Below, piece after piece: positions 21,499-31,632 of a stretch of DNA of 64,000 nt. The position numbers and the translations under genes are program-made. A model generated the notes under the pieces. The model saw only the letters and a list, made by a program, of their open reading frames with translations, ran no database searches and was not told the origin of the DNA. Where the stretch lies: contig CAVXJS010000009.1 of NCBI GenBank assembly GCA_963762145.1, positions 192,001-256,000 on the forward strand, written 5' to 3'. Each line of letters starts with the position of its first letter. Positions within the stretch are counted from its first letter, which is position 1. This DNA comes from an uncultured Candidatus Rokubacteria bacterium (GTDB lineage: Bacteria > Methylomirabilota > Methylomirabilia > Rokubacteriales > CSP1-6).

Positions 21499-21535
21499 TC
21501 TGTTGACCTCCGCTTGCGAGTTCGAATCGGAACGG

Positions 21536-22060
21536 CTATGACGGCGGGAAAAACAAGGGAACGAACCAGACGGCTCCTCCGCACGCGGTCACGGCGACCT
21601 CCATCACGGTGGCCGCGAGAAGCGCGAGCCGCGGGGAGCGGTGCGGCGAGAAGATCGCGCACACCAGAAAGGTGAGCGCGAGGACTGGCGCGACGAGGAT
21701 CCTGAGCACGGCGAACGCGGCCCACGTCGCCAGGGGCGACGGCGCCGCGTGCCGACCGACGGCGAAGAGGATCACAGCCGCGATGCCCGTGACCGCCACC
21801 ACGACACCCAATGCCGAGAGCCCGGTCCAGAAGGGGCGGTAGGGTCTCAGGAAGAAGAGCGCGGCGGCCGTGGGCACGAGCGCGGCCACCCCGAAGACGG
21901 CAACGAAGAGCACCGCGTCCCCGAACGCGTACATGCCGCTCGACGCCTGCGCGTCGGGGCCGCTCGTGCTCGCCACGCGGATGGCAACGACGGCGGAGGC
22001 GATGAGGAAGGCCGCCGCGTACCCGCCGGCGACCAGAGCGACCTTGAGAAGCGGTCTCAC
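21536..22060 (-). CDS. Hypothetical membrane protein
   Basis: About 5 hydrophobic segments; GGAGG upstream. Confidence 0.65.
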   Translation of the reverse strand: MRPLLKVALVAGGYAAAFLIASAVVAIRVASTSGPDAQASSGMYAFGDAVLFVAVFGVAALVPTAAALFFLRPYRPFWTGLSALGVVVAVTGIAAVILFAVGRHAAPSPLATWAAFAVLRILVAPVLALTFLVCAIFSPHRSPRLALLAATVMEVAVTACGGAVWFVPLFFPPS

Positions 22061-22096
22061 CGCGTCGCTCTCTCCTCCGGGTCACACCCGCCGTGG

Positions 22097-22591
22097 TCAG
22101 GCACGCTCATGACGGACGACGTTGAATCTCTCATCTTCGGAGGGAGGCTCGAAGTACGCCGTGATGGCTTCGAACTCCGCATCCGTGGTCCACGGACTGC
22201 GCGGAGGCAGGTCCTTGCTTCGATCCTTGAGCTGACGCTTGCACAGGGCGTCGGGAGCGTCGACAAAGTGTAGTTCGTGCTCGACATTCGCCCGCTCGAA
22301 CATTCCACGGAACCACGCGCGCTGCGACCTTGTATTGCCCGGAAAGTCGAGCACGACGGGCACGCCCTTCGCCAGCAGGGCGCACACGTGTGGCTCGAGC
22401 GCATTCTTCAATCGGGAAGAGCACCGGACGAATCCCGGTATATCCGTGATCTCGTCCGGATACAGGCTGTCCAGGAGCTGGTCCTGCACGAGGAGAATGG
22501 CATCCCCTCGCTCGGCCAGCTCTCTCGCGAGAGTGGATTTCCCCGACGCCATCTTGCCGCACAGGAACATCAGCTTCGCGGCGGCCCTCAT
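22097..22591 (-). CDS. P-loop ATP-binding protein (AAA_33/predicted kinase)
   Basis: CGKMASGKST, VVLDF, FEPP. Confidence 0.8.
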   Translation of the reverse strand: MRAAAKLMFLCGKMASGKSTLARELAERGDAILLVQDQLLDSLYPDEITDIPGFVRCSSRLKNALEPHVCALLAKGVPVVLDFPGNTRSQRAWFRGMFERANVEHELHFVDAPDALCKRQLKDRSKDLPPRSPWTTDAEFEAITAYFEPPSEDERFNVVRHERA

Positions 22592-22597
22592 GGCGCG

Positions 22598-23002
22598 CTA
22601 CGGCCGGCCGAACTCGACCTCACGGATCTTGGCGGCTCCATTCTCCGACGAGACGACCACGATGACGGCCTCGCTGTACAGGTCGCCTCCGATGCTTACA
22701 TAGGCCCAGCCAACATCGGAGGGCTGCTTCCCCGGCCAGCTCGTCATGGTCTCGCCTACCTCGATCGGTCCAATGGGGCCCCAGTTCATCGGGACGATGG
22801 CTTCGAATGCGCTCTGAAGCTCATCGATCGTGCTGTTCTGGCGGTATCCCTGAGACATCATGGCATAGGCCTTCGGATACTCACGCGCGCCCAGCAACGT
22901 GGCGAACTCCAGCGCAATCTGTCGGTAGTCGGCGGTGCTCCCGGACGGCGTCGTCGCCGGCTCCTCCCGGGAACAGCCGACCATGACCGTGGCCGCCACC
23001 AT
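22598..23002 (-). CDS. Hypothetical lipoprotein
   Basis: Hydrophobic stretch plus lipobox-like MVGC; start uncertain (frame open to 23062). Confidence 0.55.
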   Translation of the reverse strand: MVAATVMVGCSREEPATTPSGSTADYRQIALEFATLLGAREYPKAYAMMSQGYRQNSTIDELQSAFEAIVPMNWGPIGPIEVGETMTSWPGKQPSDVGWAYVSIGGDLYSEAVIVVVSSENGAAKIREVEFGRP

Positions 23003-23045
23003 GAGGGCGACCGAGAAGGACACGAGAGTGGAAGCCGGCCGGCCG

Positions 23046-23519
23046 CTAGATGACACTGCCATTGAGCTCCGTCAGCGCCCATCCGTGGAACCGAGCACCC
23101 ACGGTGTGCTCCGTGTCCCACGCCGTCCGATAGGCGATCTCCACCGTCTCGATACCACCCAACCGCTCGATCAGCACGCGCACCGGCGAGACATGCCCCC
23201 ACACCTGGTCCGGGCGGCTGAGGCGCAGGATCTCTCCTGGGTCCGCCCCCTCTCCCGATTCGGCGTCCGAATACGGCTCATAGTGCTCGAACAGCGCGCC
23301 CTCGATGGCCGGACGAAGCGCCGCGTATCGCTGGCCGAGCTCGCGAGCGAGCCCGAGACGTGTCTCGTCCGGGGCGGCCCGAGGCCCCGCGAGGAGCAAC
23401 GGAACACCAGTCTCGGATCCGAGGCTGATCGCGCCCCGCCAGTAGCCTTTGCTGCGGACCAGGGTGCCGAGGACCGGATCCCGGTACTCGGACGGCTTCA
23501 AGAAATCTAGAATGCCCAT
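23046..23519 (-). CDS. Hypothetical protein
   Basis: Compact 157-aa ORF in a same-strand array; WDTEHTVG motif. Confidence 0.6.
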   Translation of the reverse strand: MGILDFLKPSEYRDPVLGTLVRSKGYWRGAISLGSETGVPLLLAGPRAAPDETRLGLARELGQRYAALRPAIEGALFEHYEPYSDAESGEGADPGEILRLSRPDQVWGHVSPVRVLIERLGGIETVEIAYRTAWDTEHTVGARFHGWALTELNGSVI

Positions 23520-23537
23520 GGACGCTCGCTGGAAGGG

Positions 23538-24101
23538 TCAGGCCGCATGCCGATCCCACTGGGCACGCGTGATCCGATACAGACAGTGCAGCCGCAGTGG
23601 ATGGCCCTCCGGCACCCCCGGATATTCGAAATCCTGGTCGGCGTTGACCATGCCCAGGCGCTCCATCACCGCGCGTGACCTCAGGTTGCCCACCGAAGTG
23701 AACGACACGATCTCCGGCAGGGCCAGGCGCTCGAAGCCGACGCCCAGCGCCGCCCGAGCCCCCTCGGTGGCGAGGCCCTGGCCCCAGTAGCGGCGCGCGA
23801 GACGCCACCCCACCTCGACACAGGGGGAAAACGGGAGCGCGCGCTGCGGCACCGACAGACCGACGAAGCCGATGAACTGTCCGGACTCCAGTAGCTCCAC
23901 GGCCCAGTTGCTCCAGCCGCGGGTCGCGAGCTGTGATTGCCAGCCATCGATGCTCGCGTCACTGATCGCTCGGCTCTGAAGCGAGTGAAAGAACTCCATC
24001 ACCACCGGATCGGCGTTCATGGCGGCGTACGGCTCGCGGTCGGAGTCGCGCCACTGGCGCAGCCGCAGCCGTGGAGTTTCAAGCTCGATGACGGTCGACA
24101 C
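23538..24101 (-). CDS. GNAT acetyltransferase (RimJ/RimL type)
   Basis: ETPRLRLRQW, VEVGWRL..WGQGLATEGA, NLRSRAVMERLGM. Confidence 0.9.
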   Translation of the reverse strand: MSTVIELETPRLRLRQWRDSDREPYAAMNADPVVMEFFHSLQSRAISDASIDGWQSQLATRGWSNWAVELLESGQFIGFVGLSVPQRALPFSPCVEVGWRLARRYWGQGLATEGARAALGVGFERLALPEIVSFTSVGNLRSRAVMERLGMVNADQDFEYPGVPEGHPLRLHCLYRITRAQWDRHAA

Positions 24102-24220
24102 GTGGGTAGTCGGGCCGGGTGACCCGGGCGATGTGACCGGAGCGGCCTTCGGGGACGCGGGACGACGCATGGTCCCTTGGTTCGTTTCAGTGTTACACAG
24201 ACCTGGATATTTCTGGACAG

Positions 24221-24637
24221 TCAGTCGAGCCCCCAGGTGCGCACCTGCTCGGGCACCACGCGGAACATCACGCGGTCCGCGGGCATCGCCCGGCCGCTCC
24301 AGTAGTTCTCGAGGTGCGGATGATACTTGTCGAGGATCCGGGTCGCGAGGGCGCGGCGCTCGGGCGTGTCGCCGAGGAACTCGGCGCGCCCGCGGATCGC
24401 GACGCCCCGGATCTCGGCGCCGCGGGCCCCGCTCTCCGCGACGATGTGCAGCCGCGGGTCGCGCCTGAGGTTCCTGACCTTCTGCAGGTTGTCCACGCTG
24501 ATCAGCGTCAGCGCGGACGGCTCGTGGAGAAACCACATGGCGGTGACCAGGGGCGAGCCGTCCGGGTTGATGGTGCCGAGGACGACGATGTCCTTGGTCG
24601 CCAGGTACTGCTGGATGCGCGGGTCATCGAAGGTCAC
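24221..24637 (-). CDS. Pyridoxamine 5'-phosphate oxidase-like (PPOX, probably F420-binding) protein
   Basis: LGTINPDGSPLVTAMWF and KVRNLRRDPR. Confidence 0.85.
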   Translation of the reverse strand: MTFDDPRIQQYLATKDIVVLGTINPDGSPLVTAMWFLHEPSALTLISVDNLQKVRNLRRDPRLHIVAESGARGAEIRGVAIRGRAEFLGDTPERRALATRILDKYHPHLENYWSGRAMPADRVMFRVVPEQVRTWGLD

Positions 24638-26253
24638 GGGGCGATCCACACCTTCATGAAGGTGTTGTTGTCGTAGGTGGTGAGGCCGGGCTTGTAGTTG
24701 CGGAGCTTCTTGTCCTTGAAGAACCAGCCCTCGACCCAGCCGACCGCGATGGAGGCGTGGTCGCCCTTGGCCAGCAGATACCGCTGCAGCTCCCAGTAGA
24801 GCTGCTTGCGCTTGTCGCGGTTGGCTTCCTTCAGGGCGCGCTCGGCGAGGTCGTCCACCTTGGGGTCCGAGTACTGACCGTAGTTGCTGCCCGACTCCGT
24901 CGTGTAGGAGATGTGGAACACGCCGGAGGGCTCGTTGATGTCCATGGCCCGGTCCTGCGTCGCGATGATCGTGAAGTCGCCCTTGCCGAAGGCGGCATAG
25001 CCGGCCGCGCTCTCGTGGGTCTTCATGGTGCCGCGGATTCCGATCCGGCGGAGCTGGGCCAGCACGAGCTGCCCGCGATCCACGTAGTTGCCGACCTGCC
25101 GCACCGCCATCTCGACGTCGAGGCCGTTCGGGTGGTGCTTCTCCACCAGCTTCTTGGCCTCGGCGATGTCCTGCTCCTTGGGCTGGCGGCACCCGGGTGC
25201 CTTCTGGACCTCGTCGAGCGGCAGGGCGAAGTCGCCGACCAGCTTCGGGTCGAGGATCGCGCAGGGCACACCCGCGCCCTCCAGCGCCTTGCTGACGAGC
25301 TCCTGGCGGTCGATGGCCAGGTTGACGGCGCGGCGCAGATCCGGATTGTCGAACGGCGGCTTCTTCGAGTTGAGATAGATGAAGAAGACGGTGTTGATCG
25401 GCGCCTGGTAGATGTCCACGTCCGTGCGGGCGCGCGCCAGCTCGTCGGCCTGCGTCTTGCGCATCGGCGGCCACGCGTCCCACAGCATGATCTTGGAGGC
25501 CTTGGCCGCCGCGAGCTGGGTCGGCCCGCCCACCAGGATGAACTGCTTCACCCCGTCGAGGTAGGGCAGCCCGGGGATGAAGTAGTTCGGATTCTTCTCC
25601 CACTCGATCACGCTGCCGCGCTCGTACTTCTTGAACTTGAACGGCCCCGTCCCGACCTGGGCCTCGGCCGAGTTCAGGTCGCCGTACTTGGCCAGGATGT
25701 GCTTGGCCGCCACCCGGCACCACGCCGACGCGATCGAGGGGATGAACGGCGCCGCCGCGAACTTGAGCTTGAACTCGACGGTGTTGGCGTCCACCGCCTC
25801 CACGCTGGCCACCATCGGCTTGAGCGAGGCGCCGCACTTGGGGCTCTTGAAGTCGGGGTTCAGCACGCGATCGAAGGTGGTCTTCACGTCGGCCGAGCTG
25901 AACGGCTGACCGTCGTGCCACTTCACGTTCTTCCGGAGATGAAACGTGTAGGTCTTCCCGTCCGGCGAGACCGTCCAGCGCTCGGCGAGGTCGCCGATCA
26001 CCTTGCTCGGCTCGTCCGGATCGTACTGGAGCAGCCCGCTATAGATGCCCGCGGTGGCCTGCTGGACCACCAGGGGCGACTCGGCGTGCACGTCGAGGCG
26101 GCCGGGATCGCCGTAGTCGAACCAGTTGAGAACGCCGCCGGTCCGGGGCTTTTCCTGGGCGGCGGCCGGCGGCGCGATCGGGGACCCGAGCGAGAAGAGC
26201 AGCGCGACGGCGAGGGCCACCACGCGAGTGAGGCTCGAGAGGGTCATCGTCAT
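24634..26253 (-). CDS. Family-5 (peptide/nickel) ABC substrate-binding protein
   Basis: Signal peptide; LAERWTVSPDGKTYTFHLRKNVKWHDG; GTGPF. Confidence 0.9.
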   Translation of the reverse strand: MTMTLSSLTRVVALAVALLFSLGSPIAPPAAAQEKPRTGGVLNWFDYGDPGRLDVHAESPLVVQQATAGIYSGLLQYDPDEPSKVIGDLAERWTVSPDGKTYTFHLRKNVKWHDGQPFSSADVKTTFDRVLNPDFKSPKCGASLKPMVASVEAVDANTVEFKLKFAAAPFIPSIASAWCRVAAKHILAKYGDLNSAEAQVGTGPFKFKKYERGSVIEWEKNPNYFIPGLPYLDGVKQFILVGGPTQLAAAKASKIMLWDAWPPMRKTQADELARARTDVDIYQAPINTVFFIYLNSKKPPFDNPDLRRAVNLAIDRQELVSKALEGAGVPCAILDPKLVGDFALPLDEVQKAPGCRQPKEQDIAEAKKLVEKHHPNGLDVEMAVRQVGNYVDRGQLVLAQLRRIGIRGTMKTHESAAGYAAFGKGDFTIIATQDRAMDINEPSGVFHISYTTESGSNYGQYSDPKVDDLAERALKEANRDKRKQLYWELQRYLLAKGDHASIAVGWVEGWFFKDKKLRNYKPGLTTYDNNTFMKVWIAP

Positions 26254-26279
26254 GGCTATCGCTCCTTTGCGATCCGCGG

Positions 26280-27119
26280 CTACCCGAGGCCGCCGCGGAG
26301 GCGTGGATCCGTCAGATCGCGGATCGAATCGCCGAGTAGGTTGAGCCCGAAGACGGCCAGGCTGATGGCCATCCCGGGGAAGAATACCATCCAGGGCGCG
26401 GTTTCCAGCGCCTGGATCCCCGCGGTGAGCATGCCCCCCCACGAGGGCTCGTCGGGCGGGGCCCCCGCCCCGATGAAGCTGAGCGAGGCCTCCACCACGA
26501 TGGCGTACGAGATGTTGGTGGTCACGAGCACGATGTAGCTCGCCATGCAGTTCGGGATGAGGTACCGGAAGATGATGCGGGTCTGCGAGGCGCCCGCCGC
26601 CTGCGCCGCCTCGATGAAGGGAGTCGCGGCCACCCCCAGCGCGACGGACCGGACCGTCCGGGCCGCGGTGGGCGTGAGCAGGATCACGAGGGCCAGGATG
26701 ACGTTGTTGACCGACTGCCCCAGCGCGGCCATGAGCGACAGCGCCAGGATGACGGGCGGCAGGGCCATCAGGCAATCCACCACCCGCTGGCTGCCCGCGT
26801 CGCTGGCCCCGCCCAGGTAGCCGGTGACCGCGCCCCAGAGCGAGCCGAGCGTGACGCCGAACAGCACGGAGACCACGCCCACGTAGAGCGAGAGGCGCGC
26901 GCCCCAGATCACGCGGCTCAGCAGATCGCGCCCGAGCTGGTCGGTGCCCATCGGGAACTCGCGGCCGGGCGCCACGTAGGGGGCGAACGCCGCGTCCTTG
27001 GGCCCGTGGGGGGCCAGCGAGGGCGCGAACACGCCCACCACGATGAGCGCGAGCACCACGAGGGCTCCCGCCGCGCCCAGCGGCTGCCCCACCACGAAGC
27101 GGCCGAGCGCGGCGGTCAC
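26280..27119 (-). CDS. Peptide ABC permease (DppC-like)
   Basis: GTDQLGRDLLSRVIWGAR, FIEAAQAAGAS, PSWG. Confidence 0.9.
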   Translation of the reverse strand: MTAALGRFVVGQPLGAAGALVVLALIVVGVFAPSLAPHGPKDAAFAPYVAPGREFPMGTDQLGRDLLSRVIWGARLSLYVGVVSVLFGVTLGSLWGAVTGYLGGASDAGSQRVVDCLMALPPVILALSLMAALGQSVNNVILALVILLTPTAARTVRSVALGVAATPFIEAAQAAGASQTRIIFRYLIPNCMASYIVLVTTNISYAIVVEASLSFIGAGAPPDEPSWGGMLTAGIQALETAPWMVFFPGMAISLAVFGLNLLGDSIRDLTDPRLRGGLG

Positions 27120-28078
27120 GCGTACCGGATGCGCGGGTCGAGCCACGCGTAGAGGAGATCCACCGCCAGGTTCACGATCAGGAACACGAGGGCCATCATG
27201 AAGACCATGGCCTGGACCGTCGGATAGTCGCGCTGGCTGACCGCCTGGATGAGCGCGCTGCCCATGCCGGGCACCACGAAGATCATCTCCATGATCACGA
27301 GCCCGCCGAGGAGGCGCCCACCCCACCAGCCGATGAAGGTGACGACCGGCAGCAGCGAGTTGGCCAGGGCGTGGCGGTAGACCACCGCGCGCTCGGCCAG
27401 TCCCTTGGCCCGCGCGGTGCGCACGTAGTCCTGGCGGACCACCTCGAGCATCTGCGAGCGGGTGAGCCGCGTGATGGGCGCGCTGATGTAGTAGGCCTGG
27501 GCCAGGGCGGGCCAGATGAGCTGCTTGAGGTTCTCCACCGGGTCCTCGGTGAACGAGACGAACTCGAGCGGCGGCAGCCAGCGGAAGAACCGCACGAGGC
27601 CGTACAGGATGAGCGCCCCGGTGAAGAAGAGCGGCAGGCTGAGCCCGCTCAGGCTGACCAGACGCGCCAGGTAGTCGAGCGGGCCGTTCTGCCGCACCGC
27701 CGAGACGACCCCGAGCGGGATCGCCCACACCATCGCGATCAGCATGGTGAGCGCGGCCAGCTCCATCGAGCGCGGGACGCGCTCCTTGAGGATCTCGATC
27801 ACCGGCCGGCGCTGCACGTAGGACTGGCCGAAGTCCCCGCGCACCGCGCCGCGGATCCAGTCGAGGTACTGGACGACCACCGGCCGGTCGAGCCCCAGCT
27901 CGTGCCGGATCTGCTGGATCTGCCGCTTCTGCACCGTGCTCGACTCGGATCCCGTCTGGTAGACCAGGATCTCCGCGATGTCACCCGGCACCAGGCGCAT
28001 CAGGACGAAGATGAGGATGGAGGCGCCGAGAAGGGTGGGGATGAAGAGCAGCAGCCGCTGCAGGATGTAGGTGGACAC
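27116..28078 (-). CDS. Peptide ABC permease (DppB-like)
   Basis: YVRTARAKGL, RDYP, LDPRIR. Confidence 0.9.
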   Translation of the reverse strand: MSTYILQRLLLFIPTLLGASILIFVLMRLVPGDIAEILVYQTGSESSTVQKRQIQQIRHELGLDRPVVVQYLDWIRGAVRGDFGQSYVQRRPVIEILKERVPRSMELAALTMLIAMVWAIPLGVVSAVRQNGPLDYLARLVSLSGLSLPLFFTGALILYGLVRFFRWLPPLEFVSFTEDPVENLKQLIWPALAQAYYISAPITRLTRSQMLEVVRQDYVRTARAKGLAERAVVYRHALANSLLPVVTFIGWWGGRLLGGLVIMEMIFVVPGMGSALIQAVSQRDYPTVQAMVFMMALVFLIVNLAVDLLYAWLDPRIRYA

Positions 28079-28090
28079 CGGGGTCAGGTC

Positions 28091-28528
28091 TTACATTCCG
28101 ACATGGTCGAGCCGGTGGCGGCGAAGGGTCTTGGCCGTCGCCTCGGGACTGAAGCCGAGCTGGAGCAGCGCCGCGCCCAGGTCGAACGACTCGCGGTAGG
28201 CCGCGATGCGCCCGCCGCGCTTCTCGAACACGCTCATGCCGCGAAAGCGCACCGGTCGCCCCGCGCTGCGCGGGATCGCGTCGCTCACCACGTAGGCGAA
28301 GGTCCACTCGGCGGCCGCGCACGCCTCCGTCTCCACCACCGTCTCCATGGTCCACGCGTAGTCCCGGCCCTCGCGGAACATCCGCGCGAACATGGCGCGG
28401 AGATGATCGGCCCCCGCGTGGCCGCCGAAGAAGGTGTCGTGGTAGCTGCCGTCCGGCGTGAAGCAGGCCACGAGGGCCGCGACGTCCTGCCGGTTGAAGG
28501 CCCGCTCGAACTCCCGCACGATGCTCAT
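28091..28528 (-). CDS. SnoaL/NTF2-like protein
   Basis: FERAFNRQD..FTPDG..AEW..FRGMSVF. Confidence 0.8.
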   Translation of the reverse strand: MSIVREFERAFNRQDVAALVACFTPDGSYHDTFFGGHAGADHLRAMFARMFREGRDYAWTMETVVETEACAAAEWTFAYVVSDAIPRSAGRPVRFRGMSVFEKRGGRIAAYRESFDLGAALLQLGFSPEATAKTLRRHRLDHVGM

Positions 28529-28579
28529 GGCGTGGCTCTCCCAGTGCTCGTCATCGAGACCGGCCGCCGACGGCCGGGG

Positions 28580-29827
28580 CTACCGGATCGCGAACCGCAG
28601 GTGGCGATGCGCTTCCCGCAGGGCCGCCTCCGCCAGGGCGGGGGTGGCCGCGCGCGAGAAGATGAAGCCGAGGTAGCGCGAGCCCTCCGGCAGGGGCACG
28701 ATCACCTGCCCCTTGGGGATCGAGATCGTCACGTCCTCGATGTGTCGGACCGCGCGGGCCTCGTCGAGTCCCGTCACCTCCTCGAGCACGCCGCCGCGCG
28801 GGATCGGGATCATCATGACCGCGGCCGCCGCGCGCTCCCGCTCGAACGAGGGCACCGCCCGGCCGAGGGCGCGGCGGAGGATCAGCTCCTCGAGTGACAT
28901 GCCGGTGCCGAAGCGCAGCGTGCGGCCGCAGAGCCCGCCGATCGAGCGCGCCGCGATCTCCAGCACCACCGGCTCGAGCCCGTCCGCGCGCGGGCGCAGC
29001 CGCAGCTCGCAATGGACCGCGCCGTCCGAGAGGCCGAGCGCGCGGGCCGCGGCGGCGGTCGTCTCCGTCACCTGGGCCTGGACGGCCTCGGGCAGGCGCG
29101 ACGGCGTCACGTAGATGGTCTCCTCGAAGAAGGGCCCGTCGAGGGGATCGGGCTTGTCGAAGAGCGCCAGGGTGCGGAGGGCGCCCTCTTCCAGGAGCCC
29201 CTCGAGCGCCACCTCGGCGCCCGGCACGAAGCCCTCCACCAGGATCGTGTCGGTTCCCTCGCCCAGCTCGCCCACGTCCGCCGCGCGCAGGATCTCGCGG
29301 ATCCGCTCGAAGGCGGCGACGAACTGGGTCACGTCGTCGGCCCGGATCACGCCGCGGCTGGCCGAGAGCACCAGGGGCTTGAGCACGCAGGGGTACGTCA
29401 TGCGGCCCGCCGCCGCGTGCGGGTTCTCGTCCACCGTGACGGTGGTGAACGGAGGCGAGGGCACCCCCGCGCGCGCGAGCCGCCCGCGCATCACGAGCTT
29501 GTTGCGGGTGGCCTGGGCCGCCGCGAGCGGGTTCACGCGCAGGCCGAGGGCCTCGCCGATCGCGGAGGCCACCACCGTGGTGGCGTCGTCCACCGGCACC
29601 ACCGCGTCGAGCGGCCGGCGGGCCGCGTACCCGCTCATCTCGCGCGCCGCCGCGGCCGGATCGCCGAACGGCAGGGTGAGCAGGTGGTCCGGGAACTCGC
29701 CCGCCATCACGTTCGGACGGTCGGAGGCAATCACGAGATCCACGTCGAGCGTCTGCGCCGCCTCGACGAAATCCTCGGTGCGGTAGGTGGTGGTGGGGAT
29801 CAGCAGCAGCAGTCGCTGGAGCGCCAT
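28580..29827 (-). CDS. ATP-grasp domain protein
   Basis: NKLVMR, PCVLKP..SASRGV, LVEGFVPG, HCE, EIAAR. Confidence 0.85.
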   Translation of the reverse strand: MALQRLLLLIPTTTYRTEDFVEAAQTLDVDLVIASDRPNVMAGEFPDHLLTLPFGDPAAAAREMSGYAARRPLDAVVPVDDATTVVASAIGEALGLRVNPLAAAQATRNKLVMRGRLARAGVPSPPFTTVTVDENPHAAAGRMTYPCVLKPLVLSASRGVIRADDVTQFVAAFERIREILRAADVGELGEGTDTILVEGFVPGAEVALEGLLEEGALRTLALFDKPDPLDGPFFEETIYVTPSRLPEAVQAQVTETTAAAARALGLSDGAVHCELRLRPRADGLEPVVLEIAARSIGGLCGRTLRFGTGMSLEELILRRALGRAVPSFERERAAAAVMMIPIPRGGVLEEVTGLDEARAVRHIEDVTISIPKGQVIVPLPEGSRYLGFIFSRAATPALAEAALREAHRHLRFAIR

Positions 29828-29933
29828 GGCCGCGGCGTCGCTGAGTTTATCACGGGGCACGCGGCCCGCACTTGCGGTATACATGAGGGCCCGGCCCCTC
29901 ACCGGGATCCCGAGCACACGAGGAGATCTGATC

Positions 29934-30875
29934 ATGCGCGTCGGCATCATGATCGAAGGCCAGGAAGGGCTCACCTGGGAGCGCTGGTGGCGGCTCGTGC
30001 AGGCGGCCGAGGACATGGGCTACGAGTCCCTCTGCCGGTCGGATCATCTCACCGGGCTCTGGGGCGAGGCCAAGCGCGCGTCCCTCGAGACGTGGACCTC
30101 GCTCACCATGCTGGCGACGCGCACCCGGCGCATCCGGTTCGGCCCCATGGTCTCCCCGATCACCTTCTACCACCCCGCCCTGCTCGCCAAGATGGCGGTG
30201 GCGCTGGACACGCTCTCCAACGGCCGCATGGACCTGGGCATCGGCGGCGGCTGGAACGAGCACGAGCACAACATGTTCGGCTTCGCGCTGCCGCCCATGA
30301 AGGAGCGGCTCGATCGCCTCGAGGCGGCCGCCCGCTACATCCGCGCCCTGGGCGTCGGCGAGCCGGTCACGCTGGAGCAGCCCTACTATCCGCTCCACAA
30401 GGCCGAGAACTATCCCCTGCCCACCCACGGCCGGCTGCGGCTCGTGATCGGCGGGCGCGGGGAGAAGCGCACGCTGCGCATCGCGGCCGAGTTCGCGGAC
30501 GAGTGGAACTGCACCCGGGTAGACCTCGATACCTTCCGCCACAAGCGAGAAGTCCTGGCCAAGCACTGCGCCGCGGTGCGCCGCGATCCGGACACGATCG
30601 AGCGCTCCCTGATGATCCCGCTCGCCATCGGCCGCGACCCGTCCGACGTGGCCCAGCGCATCGCGGCGGCCCGCGCGACCTTCCCCCAGATGCCCGCAGA
30701 CGAGGACGGCTGGCGCAAGGCGAGCTTCCTGGTGGGCTCGCCCGCCGACGTCGTGGCGAGCCTCCGGGAGTGGGAAGCGGCGGGCGTGCAGCGCGTGCTG
30801 CTCCAGATGCTCGACATGGAAGACCTCGCCGCGATCGAGCTCTTCGCGCGGCACGTGCTCCCGCAGGTGAAGTAG
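29934..30875 (+). CDS. LLM-class, probably F420-dependent oxidoreductase
   Basis: MIEGQEG, RSDH, GRMDLGIGGGWNE, IGGRGEKRTL; GAGGAG RBS. Confidence 0.85.
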   Translation: MRVGIMIEGQEGLTWERWWRLVQAAEDMGYESLCRSDHLTGLWGEAKRASLETWTSLTMLATRTRRIRFGPMVSPITFYHPALLAKMAVALDTLSNGRMDLGIGGGWNEHEHNMFGFALPPMKERLDRLEAAARYIRALGVGEPVTLEQPYYPLHKAENYPLPTHGRLRLVIGGRGEKRTLRIAAEFADEWNCTRVDLDTFRHKREVLAKHCAAVRRDPDTIERSLMIPLAIGRDPSDVAQRIAAARATFPQMPADEDGWRKASFLVGSPADVVASLREWEAAGVQRVLLQMLDMEDLAAIELFARHVLPQVK

Positions 30876-30894
30876 CGCCCCGCCGGCCGATCCG

Positions 30895-31628
<734 letters not shown>

Positions 31629-31632
<4 letters not shown>

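Noticed and set aside
20900-24100. Intact integron with attC sites
   Set aside because: Spacers of about 6-50 nt lack paired RYYYAAC/GTTRRRY stems and there is no intI. Kept only as a weak cassette-like finding.
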